DNA of 64,000 nt from NCBI RefSeq assembly GCF_009914755.1, contig NC_060934.1; one strand, 5' to 3'. This DNA is from the human T2T-CHM13v2.0 reference genome, Homo sapiens. Positions 44,645 through 58,945 of the stretch are shown here, in pieces (the stretch's first letter is position 1; each line of letters starts with the position of its first letter). The notes beneath the pieces were generated by a model. The model was not told the DNA's origin. It did not search any database and was given only the letters and a program-made list of their open reading frames with translations. Made by a program: the position numbers and the translations under genes.

Positions 44645-47615
44645 ACGCACACTACTCTTCACGGTTTCAAAAGTTTCTTCATATATACCCCTTCAGCAAG
44701 GCAAGCATTGTTCTTCCCACTTCGTCGATGATAACACGGATTATCTGAGAGGTTAAGTGACTTATACAAGTTCAGCTAGCTGATAATCAGGAGGAAAACC
44801 CTTTGCCACTTGCAAACTACCTTGCCCCTTCATCTCTTGATGCCTAATATTTTACCATTAGAATTTTATTCCTTAAAGCTTAAGGCACTGGTCATCTTTA
44901 ATTCCAAACGCCTCCAGGGAAAGTCATATTTAAGCTAGTCAGTCACTGATACCTGCCACTTTAATGTACATAAATTTAGAGACTTTTGCTGAATTAATTA
45001 AAAAATATGGAGATGTTAAAGAACTGGGGCCTGAAAGACTGAGAAGACACTCTAGAATGGGGGAGATGTGAGAAAAGCTCCATCTGACTTCTAATTTAGT
45101 CTCAGGCCACTGCCTTCACCGCCTGGTGATTTCTGAAAATTCTTCATTAGAGGCATCTTATAACACAGGAGACCCATCTTGTCACCAGATCTGTCACCAG
45201 CAGTAAGGACAGGGGACAGGGCAGCTGAGTCTCTGCACTTTTTTGTAATGGAACCTCAACCATCTGGCTCAATGGGTTTCTGGCTTCTCCATGGAGACAG
45301 CATTTAGATATTTAAACTTTAATGTGAGTGACTCAGGAATAGTTTTGCAGACAGCATCAAATGCCTCTTCTCACCACTGGAACGAGAAGCCATGAACGGC
45401 CGGCACCGAGGCTCTGACCAGGCAGGGAAGGGCATTCATGCCTTTGACTCGTGACCTAAGCCCCAGTATTATGCCATGCATGTGCTAGGTGCCAGGGCCT
45501 GGGGATGCTAGGAGGAGCAAGGTGTGCTTCCTGCCCTTGATGAGCTCATAGTCTAATAAGCCCTCTAAGTACTGGGTGTTGGACAGGAGAAGCCCAGGAG
45601 TCTGCTGAACCAGGAAGAGGCTGCCAGACTCACAGTTCTGGGAGAAAGGAGGGCAGAGTCCAGGAGAGCTGAGATAATGCCTCCAGGAGCAGGTGACACC
45701 CAGTGAACTCCACTGTAGGGCGGAGGCTACTTATCCCCTGCCCATGTCTATACCCACTGGTGAGTGTGTGGGTGGTGGTGGGTGGTATGGGCAGTGGTTA
45801 GAGGAGGCCTGGTCAGCACTTTTAGGCCATGGGAGAGGCAGAGTCTCACAGTTCTCCTTGTTCCTACCATTCTGCTTGTGTCTTACAGTTCCTAACCCTC
45901 TATTCTTGGGCCTTCTACAGGGCCACTCCTTTCTAACAAATGAAAGCAAGAGTCAGGCCCCCAAGGAGAAGGAGCTGTGAGCCAGTTCCTCATCTCACTG
46001 CCAGATGATTCCTTTCCAAAAGGGAAAGGTACCCAGGAAAACTGTGGCTGGGAAAGCTCTGAGAATTAGGACTCAAGTGACAAGGGAGGGGACAGAAGAG
46101 CTCTTCATGGTGTTTGCCAAGTCTGAGTACAAAGATCACAGGGCAAAGAGTAAGAAAGAATCTGACTAGGACATTTTGGCAAGGTCCAAGGAGAAACTAG
46201 AGGGTGGACGAGTGACGGATTTAGGCAGAAAAGGCTGGTGAGCGGGGAATAGATGAGGCAGGAAGAGCAAGGCTAAGGAACCCAAGAGAGCCAAAATGGT
46301 CCATGACAGAGGGAAGAGCATCCCATCCCAATGCAAGGTGGGTAGGTTTCGATGGCAACGCATCCATCGCCTTCTCAGTAATTAACCAGCCTCTGTGTAC
46401 ATAAAGACATAATTATAGGCCAAACAACTCCTTTGATGTAAGAGTATAGAACGTCTGGGGGGAAAGGGGCAAATAAAAGAAAGAACAATCTTGCTTTAAT
46501 ATACAAACAAGGTCCATGGAAAGGTATTGCCAAACAAGCAAATAAGCCAAACAAACAAATGAACAGAGTGTTGGGAAAGCAGGACCCAGGCCGACTGGGC
46601 ACCCAAGATATCCCGGGCCCTCTGAGAGCATTCTAGCTGACTTCATTGGGCATTTCTGCTTTTCTTTCAAAGAGTTCACATGTGTTCTCATCAGAATGGC
46701 TGTATTCACATCCCCTACCTGTTCTATGCAGAAATTCTCAGCATTTCCAAAGGGGCCTGTTTACTTCTGGAATCAAAACCCCAAAGAAAGGGGGGGTTGC
46801 AAAGGGTTTGAATGGCTCCTCCTGGGAAGCAAATCTAATCGGGAATGGAGCTGAGCTTGTAACCCAGCATCGTGGATGCCTGTCCTGTGATATAACCCCT
46901 GAAACACCACTCTTTCTGTTGGGGCCAACTTTATTAGAGAAATCTGTTAATTGGGGAACGGAGCGGGAGAAGGGAGAGAGCAATGGGATGTTAATATGAT
47001 TTAACACTTGATGGGCTCTGAAAACAAATAAGGAGGGGGCTTCGGGCTTTAGCTTGGCACATTCGTCGTTCCACATACGTGTTACCAAAATGAATATATG
47101 CAACTAAACTATATGCGAGACTCTGGGGGCACAGTAACACAGACTTTGTGAAACAAAAAGGCATTTCTCCTGCTTCCACTGTGTCTCTTGTGGTGCCATT
47201 GTCTGATGCTAAGAACTCACATAATAACAAAAAACAATGCCCCTATGATGGGGGGAAAACTTGATTTGGCACCAGCCGTGGTGTTTTCCATGGGAATGAT
47301 GGTGGGGGCTGTGGCCGACTGTGGGAATAGTGCAAATCAGCACTTTTTTGTAGATTTTCTTCAAGCCATTGTTTATTTTGGCTTTGGTCAGATCCGTGGC
47401 CCAGCTTGAAGATTCCCACTGGGCTTTCTGAAACTCGCAGACCTATGAGAGATGGAACAGGGATAAATAAATAATTACAAAACACCCTTCCCCCACCATG
47501 GCACTCATGCATGCGTGTGCCTGTCTTGGTGGTGCATGTATGTTGCAGTACTATACATCTGACCCATGCCACCAATGGGCAATTAAAGAGAAAGCAAGGT
47601 TTTCTCTGGGCTTAG

Positions 47616-48287
<672 letters not shown>

Positions 48288-48429
48288 TAACCATATTTAG
48301 ATGGGCTTGTCATAGAGATATTTTCCAAGGAAGTGCAGAAGAGTCTTGTTCACTACATCTTGTTCCTTTCTTAGATACAAGTTACATCAGAATAGGGGAC
48401 TCAGGCTCTTGCCTGGGTCTGGATTGGAA

Positions 48430-48630
48430 GAAAAAGAGCTTACCATGGGCCAGAGTGTGCTAAGTCAGATACAATACACAAGCATCTTATCACACATTTC
48501 AATGATGTGGAAACTTAGGCCAAGAGAGGTTAAGGGACTTGTCCAAGCTCACACAGTCTGTATGCAGCAGAGCTGGGATTTGAACCCTTTCCTATGGCAC
48601 CCTAGAGCAGCCTTCAATCATCCCCTGACA
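48430..48630 (-). mobile_element. MIR
   Basis: gaaacttaggccaagagaggttaagggacttgtccaag...gctgggatttgaacc. Confidence 0.8.
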
Positions 48631-49473
48631 CCTCCAGTACTTCCCAGGGCTGGAAAGCATCCATGATTGCGGACAGCAGTGGCAGTGAAACAATGTCAGC
48701 TGGGGTAGGGGTTTTCAGAGGCAAAAGGTGGAATTCAGCTGGGGAGGGGGGTGGTTCCTGAGCTGCCACTTCTGCCTCTCAAATTAAAGGGAGCCAGGTG
48801 TGGAGGCATCCTGGTGTGAGCTTTGCACAGCTGAACCAAGGCTGGGCAGAGGAGTGTGGAGAGGGATGCTGACATCTCCTCCCACTTCTGGAAAATAACT
48901 TTGCATTTGAAGGGAGAAAGGCATGAGTAAATCTGTAACTCGGATTTGGACGGCCTGGGATTTCATTTGACTGTGTGAAGGCACACACAGGTGCCTCGCA
49001 AGTGTGTGCGTGATTACGTATGTATGTGTGTCTGTGAGTAGGAGTGTTTGTGTTGGGGGTGGGGGGATCTTCTGGTTACACACTGGTTCCCTTCTTCCCA
49101 TTTGGATTGGGGAGCTTTTATTTATTTATTTTTAAGTCATAGCAGCCACCATGTATGGGGACCTAACTATGTGCCAGGCATTGTGCTGGACACTTTCTGA
49201 GGCATTATTTTTCTGTGAAAAAAGTAGTTTGTTTTTATGCAGGTGCACCCAGAGACATCAGGTATTTTTTTCCATTCCGGTTAAAAGACAGTGTTCTACT
49301 CTGTGGTAAGCCTTGGGGAGAGGCAGGGAAGCCTGCGGGGACGGGCAGGGGCGGTCCCTGCCTCGCTCGCTAGTCTCCACCTTTTATTTTGACCGGTCCG
49401 ATGGCGACAGGCTCGCACTAGGACCCAGGCGCCAGAGTGCCTCCGTCTGTCCTGTAGGTTCATTCAATCTCCC

Positions 49474-50076
<603 letters not shown>

Positions 50077-50529
50077 TAAAGCCGATGACACCGGAGAAAG
50101 GACACGCACGCACAAAGCTGCTAAAGATGTAACAAAGACGGGCGAGGGGGAGAGGGGCCTGTCGGTGCGTCGGTCTGTCCTCTCCGGCGGGCTGGGGCTG
50201 GGAGGATGGCCCAGCGGAGGAGCGGGGGAGTGTTGTTGTTTGCTGACAACTGAGCCGAGAGCTCATCTCTTTGAGGTCGCTTTTCTTCCTTTTTTTTTTT
50301 TTTTTTTCCGGAGCCTTCTCAGGCAGACAAGTGTTGTTTTTCTGTTGCTCGTTCCTGGGTGGGGTGGGGATTAGAAGCCGAAAGTTGGAAACCATAGGCA
50401 GAGCTCAGAGGTTCCAGAAAGAAAACACACAGACACACACTACAACAATAACAACCAAACAGCTCTCCACGGCGTGGGCTCGGCTCTGTCTCTCTCTCTC
50501 CCTCCTACTTCGCCTTTTTCCTTCCCTCT

Positions 50530-53400
50530 AGCAGCAGGACTGGGCTCAGGCCATCACGTCTACGGACACAGTCCCCCTGCACGTCCGTTGCCGTGGGGTG
50601 CCACCGCCGCCCCCCCCCCCCAAAGAAGGAGGCCGGCGGGGCCAAGCAACGCCAGCAGCTCGCCCCGGACACGCCGTCCTGAGCCCGGGAAACTTGGCCG
50701 TGGGGACGCGGCTAGAAGGAAACTTTGGGATCTTTGAGAAACAATAGTTGGGGAAGAAGGTGTGGGCTGTTCTGTGCTTTTTCTTTATTTTCCGGGAGAC
50801 GGCTCTTGAGTGAGCGCACAGGGCAAGCAAGGCAAACGCCTTCCTGGTCGATTTCTACTCCCCCCACCCGCCCACCCCCAGATTCACGTGGATAGTAGTG
50901 CGTGGGTGGGGGTGTGCTGGGAACCCCACCCTGGCCTGGCTTCTTTTTTGTATTTATTTGTTTCATTTTTGCCCCTACCAGCCAGGTCACCCAGCTTTCC
51001 CCAGGCAGTCGACTCAGCGCCCTAACGGGGGCACGCGTGTGCAGCGTATCCAGCACCGTCCTCAGAATAATAGCTGTGAAAAGGAGGAAGGGAACTAGGC
51101 AGACAGACCGACAGATAGGGGGAAACCGGGATGTTTAATGTGTCCGAACAAGTAGGAAGATCAATGAGGCGCGAGTGTGTGTGTGTACGTGTGCGCGTGT
51201 GTGTGTGAGAGAGAGAGAAAGAAAGAAGAAAGGTCCCGATTGCAACGTGTCAGATCTTGCAACCTTCCCCCCACCCAACACAACAACCCTCAGACACAAA
51301 AACACCATTGCTGACTGATACCCCAGGTCTTCAGGGTTAAAGGAACCGTGTGTTGGCAGCGCAATTGTGCAGACGCTGTAAGGCCAAAACGAGGATTTGT
51401 GTTGTGAGGTCGGTGGTGCGTTCTTTTCTTTCTCTTCTCGCCTGTTTTCCCGGAGTGCCTGGGTTGCGAGAAAGGCGCATCGCAGGCTGTGCAGCCGAAT
51501 CGCTTCGCAATTATTCATGCTGGTCGGAGGGGGATGGGGCGCGGGAAGCTATGTGTGCATTTGTCTGGAGGGTAGTTTCTGAAAAGCCAGAGCTGGTGGG
51601 GAGCTGGGTGAAGACGTGGTTTTGTTTGGTGTGTTTGCTTTTGTTGCAGGGGGGAGGGGCGCGATTTCTTCAGCTACCCCCATCCCCGGCTACCAGTTCT
51701 CTGGAGTCTGTCCCGTGGCGTTGGCTCTGACTAGGGGTACACCCCATGAGGGCACGTTGGCAGTGTGTGGCAAACCTGGCTTGCCCCCCTACCCCAGCCA
51801 CCCCCCCTCACCAGCGAGGTGTATGGAGGAGGCGGTCGGAGATTCCTCAGCGTCCCGCCCCCCACTTCGCACCCGCAGACAATCGGAGACCTCCCCCTGC
51901 CCCACCCCCCACCCCCCACCCCGCCGCCCTGGCCGCCGCCACCTCGTTGTTTACCCCGTGCCGGGGCTCCGGCGTGGCCACCAGTCACGTAAGCAGAGAG
52001 CCGGGCGCGCCGGGCTTGGGCTGCCCCGCGCGGGGCGGGCCCGTGGCGGCGTAACCGGGCTCCAGAGGCTGGTGAAGCCGAGGGGCTTCCTCCCAGCCCA
52101 TCGCCCGAGGCGTCCGCCCTGCAAATCTGCCAGCCCCCGAGAGGGGTTTGGAACCTTAGCACCCAAGTCTAAGTCAACTTCATGTGCGTAATAAGTCCCT
52201 CGGCCCCGCAGCCCCCCTCCTCCGGCCGGCTCCCGGCGGGAGTATTTTTAGCTCTCTTGCTTCTTTTCGCCGCTGCTGTTTGGCTCTAAATGACGTGATG
52301 CCAACGGCCCCCAGATTTCCCCGAGAGCTTGGGGCGCCGCGCCGTGCCCAGTTTGGCTGCAGAGACCCCGCTCCAGGCCCTCGCCCCGTCCCCAACAGCT
52401 CGAACAGGCTGGGGTGACCTCCGGCAAACTCCGTGCGACCATCCGCCAGGCCCTCTGTTATCCCCCTTGCAAAGAGAAGCGGTCCACGGGGGCCACTTTA
52501 TCCCACCCCCTCTCCTCCCCTCCTCCTGCCCGGTCTAGGTCTCTGGGTACGGAAAACGGCGGGCCCTACATCTGCCTCGTTTTATGGGGGGCGCTTCTTC
52601 GCGCTGGCGGCGCTCGTCGTTGTTTTCTGCTCGCTGCACACAATGCCCGCGCGTCACGGCAATCCGCGTGTGCACAGCAATAACGCGAGTCGGGGGGCGG
52701 GTCGTGCGTGCGCCCGGCTCGGGCACTGCGGGTCGCTCGGCGCGCGCGGGGCTTGTTTTGCTCCAGAGCTCTGCTTTCCGAAACGCTTACATCATTCAGT
52801 CGTTGGGGGAGGGAGAGGGATCTGGGCGTTCCGATAGGATTCCAGCATCTACCGGGTCCCTGGTTTCTGGAAGGAAGCAGGGACCCTAGCTTTTTAGTAG
52901 TTATTATTGGGGGTGGGGTTGGGTAGTTTGTTGTGTACGTCTTTTTTTTTTTTTTTTTCGGTCACTACTGCAAAAGGGCATCGCTGGCCGACTCAGGTGC
53001 ACAACCTCCCCGCCTTCATTTCAGCGAGTTCCCCTATAATCACTTGATCTCGGTTTCTCCGCCTTCTCCTCCTCCCCCTCCCAGCTAGAGACACATGGTT
53101 TCCACATGGAGACAAACTTCTTTCCTCCGACTGGACTTGACCTAGCTGCGTCGTTCAGCCAATCGGCAGCTCCAGCCTCTTCTGACGTCACGCGTTGCTG
53201 GGGCCGGAGGCTGGGTGGGGGGTGGAGCCAGGCTGCAAGCCAGGAAATCTCTGGGAGCTGTAGTGCGGCCAGCTGGTCCAGTCTCTTCTTAAAGGGACGC
53301 TCTTCTGTCCGGAGATGAGTGTCGGGCCCCGATTCTCCATTTCGGGTTCGGTGAGACCTTTCTGAGATGCATGGTGGACCCTGGTCACGAGTTAACACGT
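50530..53400. promoter_or_regulatory. Intronic CpG-island extension with E-box, HRE, CRE and CCAAT motifs; probable alternative promoter(s)
   Basis: CpG-dense. CACGTG 50885, CACGCG 51032, TACGTG 51186, CACGTA 51986, CCAAT 53159, TGACGTCA 53183. No Alus between 48150 and 56898. Confidence 0.75.
51169..51220. repeat. Mixed (TG/CG)n then (GA)n simple repeat
   Basis: Seen directly. Confidence 0.85.
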
Positions 53401-54459
53401 TCCGTTTTTACTGCTGTTTGCGAAGTACTTACTTGGCAGGAGCTTGCCTTATTTTCCATCGTAGCCAGAACTGCTTTTCGTTCCCTTGTTGAGGTTTCCG
53501 TACTGGTAGTGTTCACCAAGTTGTGGCCACATGGCTGAATTACTTCCAGTGGAGAGGTTGAGTTTTCTTGGAGGAGGGGTTCAAATTAAGTCACATTGTT
53601 GACTGTCTGCTGTGTGCAAGGCAGGGGGGATTCCCTAGGAAAGGCAGGTACATTCTCCCAAAACTCCAACTGATGTGAATCTCTACGGATCACAAATTGA
53701 AGGCCTCCAGAAATATTAATCATGAAGGCTGTGATCCTATTACCACAAATTCAGAAATTATATGTAAATAATCTCTGACATCATCACCTATATGCATTTT
53801 GAGTCCAGTGGAAGGGTGGGAATTAAGGACTGACTAATAAGTAGAAAAAGATCTTGGAAAAGGTTAAAACTAAAAGAGAAGAACAGATCCATAAAGGGAT
53901 GTTATGTGCATAAGAGCCGACTGGCAGGTAAGTGAAACAAGCTGTGAGAGCAGGTAAGGTCTGGAGGAGAGAAATGGGCTTCCTAGTGTCTGGAGGAGGT
54001 TGCTTTGGAGGCAACACTTAAGATAGGGAAGGACGATCAGATGAGAGTAGAAAGCCATAAGGCTCCTTGGAGTGGATCACCTGGGTTTGAGGGTGGGGTG
54101 CTTTCCTAGGGGCACGGACAGCCCAAGAAACAGCCTGTTCCTCCTGGTAGAGGAAGCTGCTGTTGTGTGGTGTCATTTGGCCCCACCCTGCCTTCTGACT
54201 TAATCTCCTCTTCCTTGCCCTGAAACCTCTGTGTCTGTGCAGCAGATCCACCAGCAAGCAGGCTTCACAGTCGAACCTCTGTGCTCGACTTAGACTCTTC
54301 CACTGTCTAGAATGCTTTCATTCTCTTACTCCCCTAGGGATATCTGTATCCTACCTTCTCTTCAAGACTTAGATCAGTTTCCACCTCCTCCAGGAAGCTT
54401 CCCCTAGCTATTTCAGCCCATTTGGCTCTATTTGTTAAGTCATTGTACTTGAGAGAATG

Positions 54460-54680
54460 AAACCTTTGCAGTCACATGGAGCAGGGCCCAGCTTGCTACT
54501 CTACTGCTTACTGGCTTTGTGACTTTGGACACAACTTACTTAGCCTGAGGTTCCATTTCCTTTTTGCAAAATGGGGATAACAATAGTATGACCCTCATAT
54601 CATTGTCAAACAACTCAATGAGGCACTGCACTTAAATATTTAACGTACCTGAGATATAATAGGTGCTCAATAAATAGCAA
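54460..54680 (+). mobile_element. MIR flanked by L2 remnants
   Basis: gtgactttggac...aaaatggggataacaatagta...aggtgctcaataaat; L2-like cacctcctccaggaagcttccc near 54385. Confidence 0.75.
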
Positions 54681-55769
54681 CTTCTCTGAGCTTTGATAAT
54701 CAGTACCATGCACTTCTCTACTTGCTTCCTGTGTGTTAGCTTTACCTTTACAAGGAGTTTATTAGTAACTTAAGAGAAAAGATCACTTACAGTATTCAAT
54801 GCATGTTACCCATTGCATATAGCACACCACTGGGCATACAGTAGTAGATCCTTAATATAAATGTTTTGATTGGTTAGATTTGTCATTTACTGCTAGCTAT
54901 GGCACGAGGATCAGGTTTGGAGGCCAGGGGACACGTGACAGCCTTTCCGAAGATTTGGAGACGAGTCAGAAATACTGATCTCCAACTCCCTTGGGTGGTG
55001 AGACCAATCCCTGCAAGAAGATGATAGTTCAGACCTGAAGAGCTGAGACTGCATCCTGTGAACAGCTGTGACCCTGAGAAACAAATAAGAAAGAAGGAGA
55101 CTAGAGTGACTTCTGCTGAAATCGAGGGCTTTGATGGCAACTAATGTTCAAGCTGGTCACGTTTTTGCATGGCAGCAATCTTATGAATTCATACATTCTT
55201 CAAATGTACATTGAATGTCTACTATGTGCAGATGCTTCTTTCTGAAAACTCTGTAGGTTGAAGTATGGTGGGGGTGGAGTAGGGTATTTGTCTTTAGTGG
55301 AGTTATGTGAAGAGCATTCTTAAATCAGGCCCTATTTCCTCTGCATCCCAAATTATGTTCCCCAGATTCAACTTATTTTTTCCAGTTTTAAATATGATCT
55401 CTGCTGACTGGTAAATACCAGAAGAAGGCTTTTTTGAGGATATTGTTACGGCTTTCAGAATCACGGAGCTCCCAAGGACTGTGTGTCCTGGAAAGGAGAT
55501 CCAGGGAAAGGGGACAGGGCCTTGGAAGTTAGAGAAGTTGAATTGAGCCATTCCTGGTTTGGGAGCAAAAAGGAGGCTCCATTAGCTACCAAGGCAAAAC
55601 AGTAGCTGCTCATCCATCTCTCATCTCTGATGGAAACAGTCTCCCACTGACACATCCAGAAATGGGGATTCATCTGGAGATGCCTGGGCAAAAGTCTAGA
55701 GGTGAAACTGAGGAAAATGAAGAGGGTGCTGGCGTGCAGCAGCAGCAACTAATTGTATGGCATAATATC

Positions 55770-56130
55770 AATAATGGCTACAATTTATTGAACACTGACT
55801 ATATTCCAAGTATGGGGCTATGCATTCATTATCTCCCCTGATCTTCACAACAACCTTCTGATGGATGCAATTTTATTACCCTCTTTTACGGAGGAGGGAA
55901 CTGAGGAGCAGGGATGCCAGGTAATTTGCCCAAAGGATATATAGCTAGTAAGTCGCGGAGCTGAGTTTTGAACTTAGGCCTCTGATTCCAGAGCCTGTGC
56001 TCTTAACCATATACACATGTACTCATTTCACAGCCAAGGAATGAAGTCCAGAGAAGTGAAATGACTTACTCAAGGTCACCCAGGAACCTGAAGCAGAGCT
56101 GGTATTTGAAACACCTTGTTTATTGTCCAA
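55770..56130 (-). mobile_element. MIR plus a second MIR fragment
   Basis: atttattgaacac...gggaactgagg...gtaatttgcccaa; gagaagtgaaatgacttactcaaggtcac. Confidence 0.8.
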
Positions 56131-56760
56131 GGTCTTCCTGCACACACCTTGCTTAGAAAAGGTTTCGAAGTGAGGCTGGAGTCAGAAGAGCCAACCAGAG
56201 AGGCTTTTTTTCTTTTTTTGTCTTTCAGAGTTGTTCAACTCTCCTGGCCTTAACTCAAGTTTAGGGCTCCTAGGAAACACCACCCCCCTCCTGCTGCCTT
56301 TCCCAAGTCTGTCCTCTGGGCATATTAGAGGACTTGGGGCTGTTGCTATGGTACTGGGGCCAACAGCAGGTTCATCAAAAGCCGGGTCTTTTGCCTTTTG
56401 AAAAAAAAACCCAGCCCTGCAGAAGCGAATTGGCCACAAAGATTTGCATCAGTCATTGTGGCTTGTTCTGTTTTAGATCCCCCTGCCTCCCTACCCCACC
56501 CCCTCCTCCCTACCACCACCACTTTCTATAAATACAGTTGGATAAATATTGATTTAAACTGGGTTTCTGGAGGAGAAGCACATGCTTGCCCTGGCTTGGT
56601 CTTCACTTAGATACCACCAGTATGTCAGGCCTGACACACCTAACCCCCGACAGCTCTGGCTTCCAAATGTCCTGTTTTGGGGAGATGAATTGTGGTTTTG
56701 TGGCTTTTGAGTTTTTTTTTTTTTTTTAAAGGAGAGAAAGAAAAAGAAATAAAAAAGTAA

Positions 56761-57207
<447 letters not shown>

Positions 57208-58189
57208 CAGGTTTTGTTTTTAAAGGAGGCAGGTATTAGCACAGAGCATCAGGGCCAGAAGGAGCCCCAGAGGTCACAGAGCATCCATCATCTGTACAGT
57301 CATGGAGTCTGAGACCCAGAGAGGGACACTGGCTTGCCCAAGATGACACAGCAGAGGCAGAACCAGGTCCTTCTGGGCTGTGTTCCCTCCTACCTGATAC
57401 GAGAATGGGTTCCAGGTAGAGTCCCAACCTGGGCATTTGTTTCACAGGTCCAGTGCTCATAAAGTCAGCAATTTTCAAACCTGGTTTACTGATCCCAGGG
57501 TGTGTCCGGTTATTGCAAAGGTCATTGCAACATTCTCAATAGTCTTTCAAAATGAAGCTAATTTCAATTTGCCATACTTAGAAAAATACTATCTTTTACA
57601 TTTGGGGGCTGGGAGGAGGGAGGAGCTAGAAGGTGGTGGCAGTGATGAGGTGGCTATCCCAAGCCTTGACTGAGGAGGAGGAATTCAAGTCTTGGAGGAT
57701 CCTTCTGGAGGTGGAGCTCTAGGCTCACAGTGGGGAGAGAGAAAAAAAAGAGAGGGAGGGAGGATGGAAGGGAACGGGAGAGGCTTCAATTCCCTGTCCC
57801 AAGGACAGACACCTGCTCTCTGGCTCTTCTAACTTAAAGGAAGCAATTGTCTCTGATGTCATTGTACCCGAGTGGCCTGGCTAGAGGTGTTAAAGCTGTC
57901 AACAGCTGACTTGATCTTTGTGGTCAAAAATAATGGGCATTTGCCATCATCATGCTGAGCAGGAGGCTCCTTCTTTGCTTCCTCATCTTGGCAGAAGTGT
58001 GCTGGGCCCCTTGCTTATGAAATGTTTTGAAAGTTCAGGTGACCCTTGGTTTGAGCAGTACGCTCCAGGGAATATATGTAAACAGAATCCTTTTTCAAAA
58101 AAATTTAGAGAAACTCTCTTGAAAAGCCCTTGTGGCAACTATTTTGGTAAGATGTGGAATTATGTTGTGAGCCATTCTCCCTAAATTTG

Positions 58190-58300
58190 TGTTTATTCAT
58201 TCATTAATTAAACCAGTACATAAGGAGTACATACTTGCTTAATGGGAGGCACTGTGCTAGGTCTTGGAGGTAGAGTCCTTGCCCTCATGGAGTGTATTAT
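58190..58300 (-). mobile_element. L2 3' end
   Basis: ttcattcatt...aggcactgtgctagg...ccttgccctcatggag. Confidence 0.7.
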
Positions 58301-58369
58301 TCCAGTGCCAGGTTTTAGAGGTAGAGTTCCTGTCTTCATGGAGTGTACTGTTCCACTGCCAGGTTTTAG
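58268..58369. repeat. 51-bp tandem duplication, 2 copies
   Basis: 58268-58318 versus 58319-58369, 7 mismatches counted by eye. Confidence 0.9.
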
Positions 58370-58496
58370 AACTTCACTTGTCTTAAAGTGAACCCCAACA
58401 ATGCAGGATGGCATTTGACTTGAGTATTTTTGTCTTTGGTTCTAGCTATCATTATAGACAGAATAAAAATTTAGCCTGGGCTTCCAAAAGGAGTAG

Positions 58497-58945
<449 letters not shown>

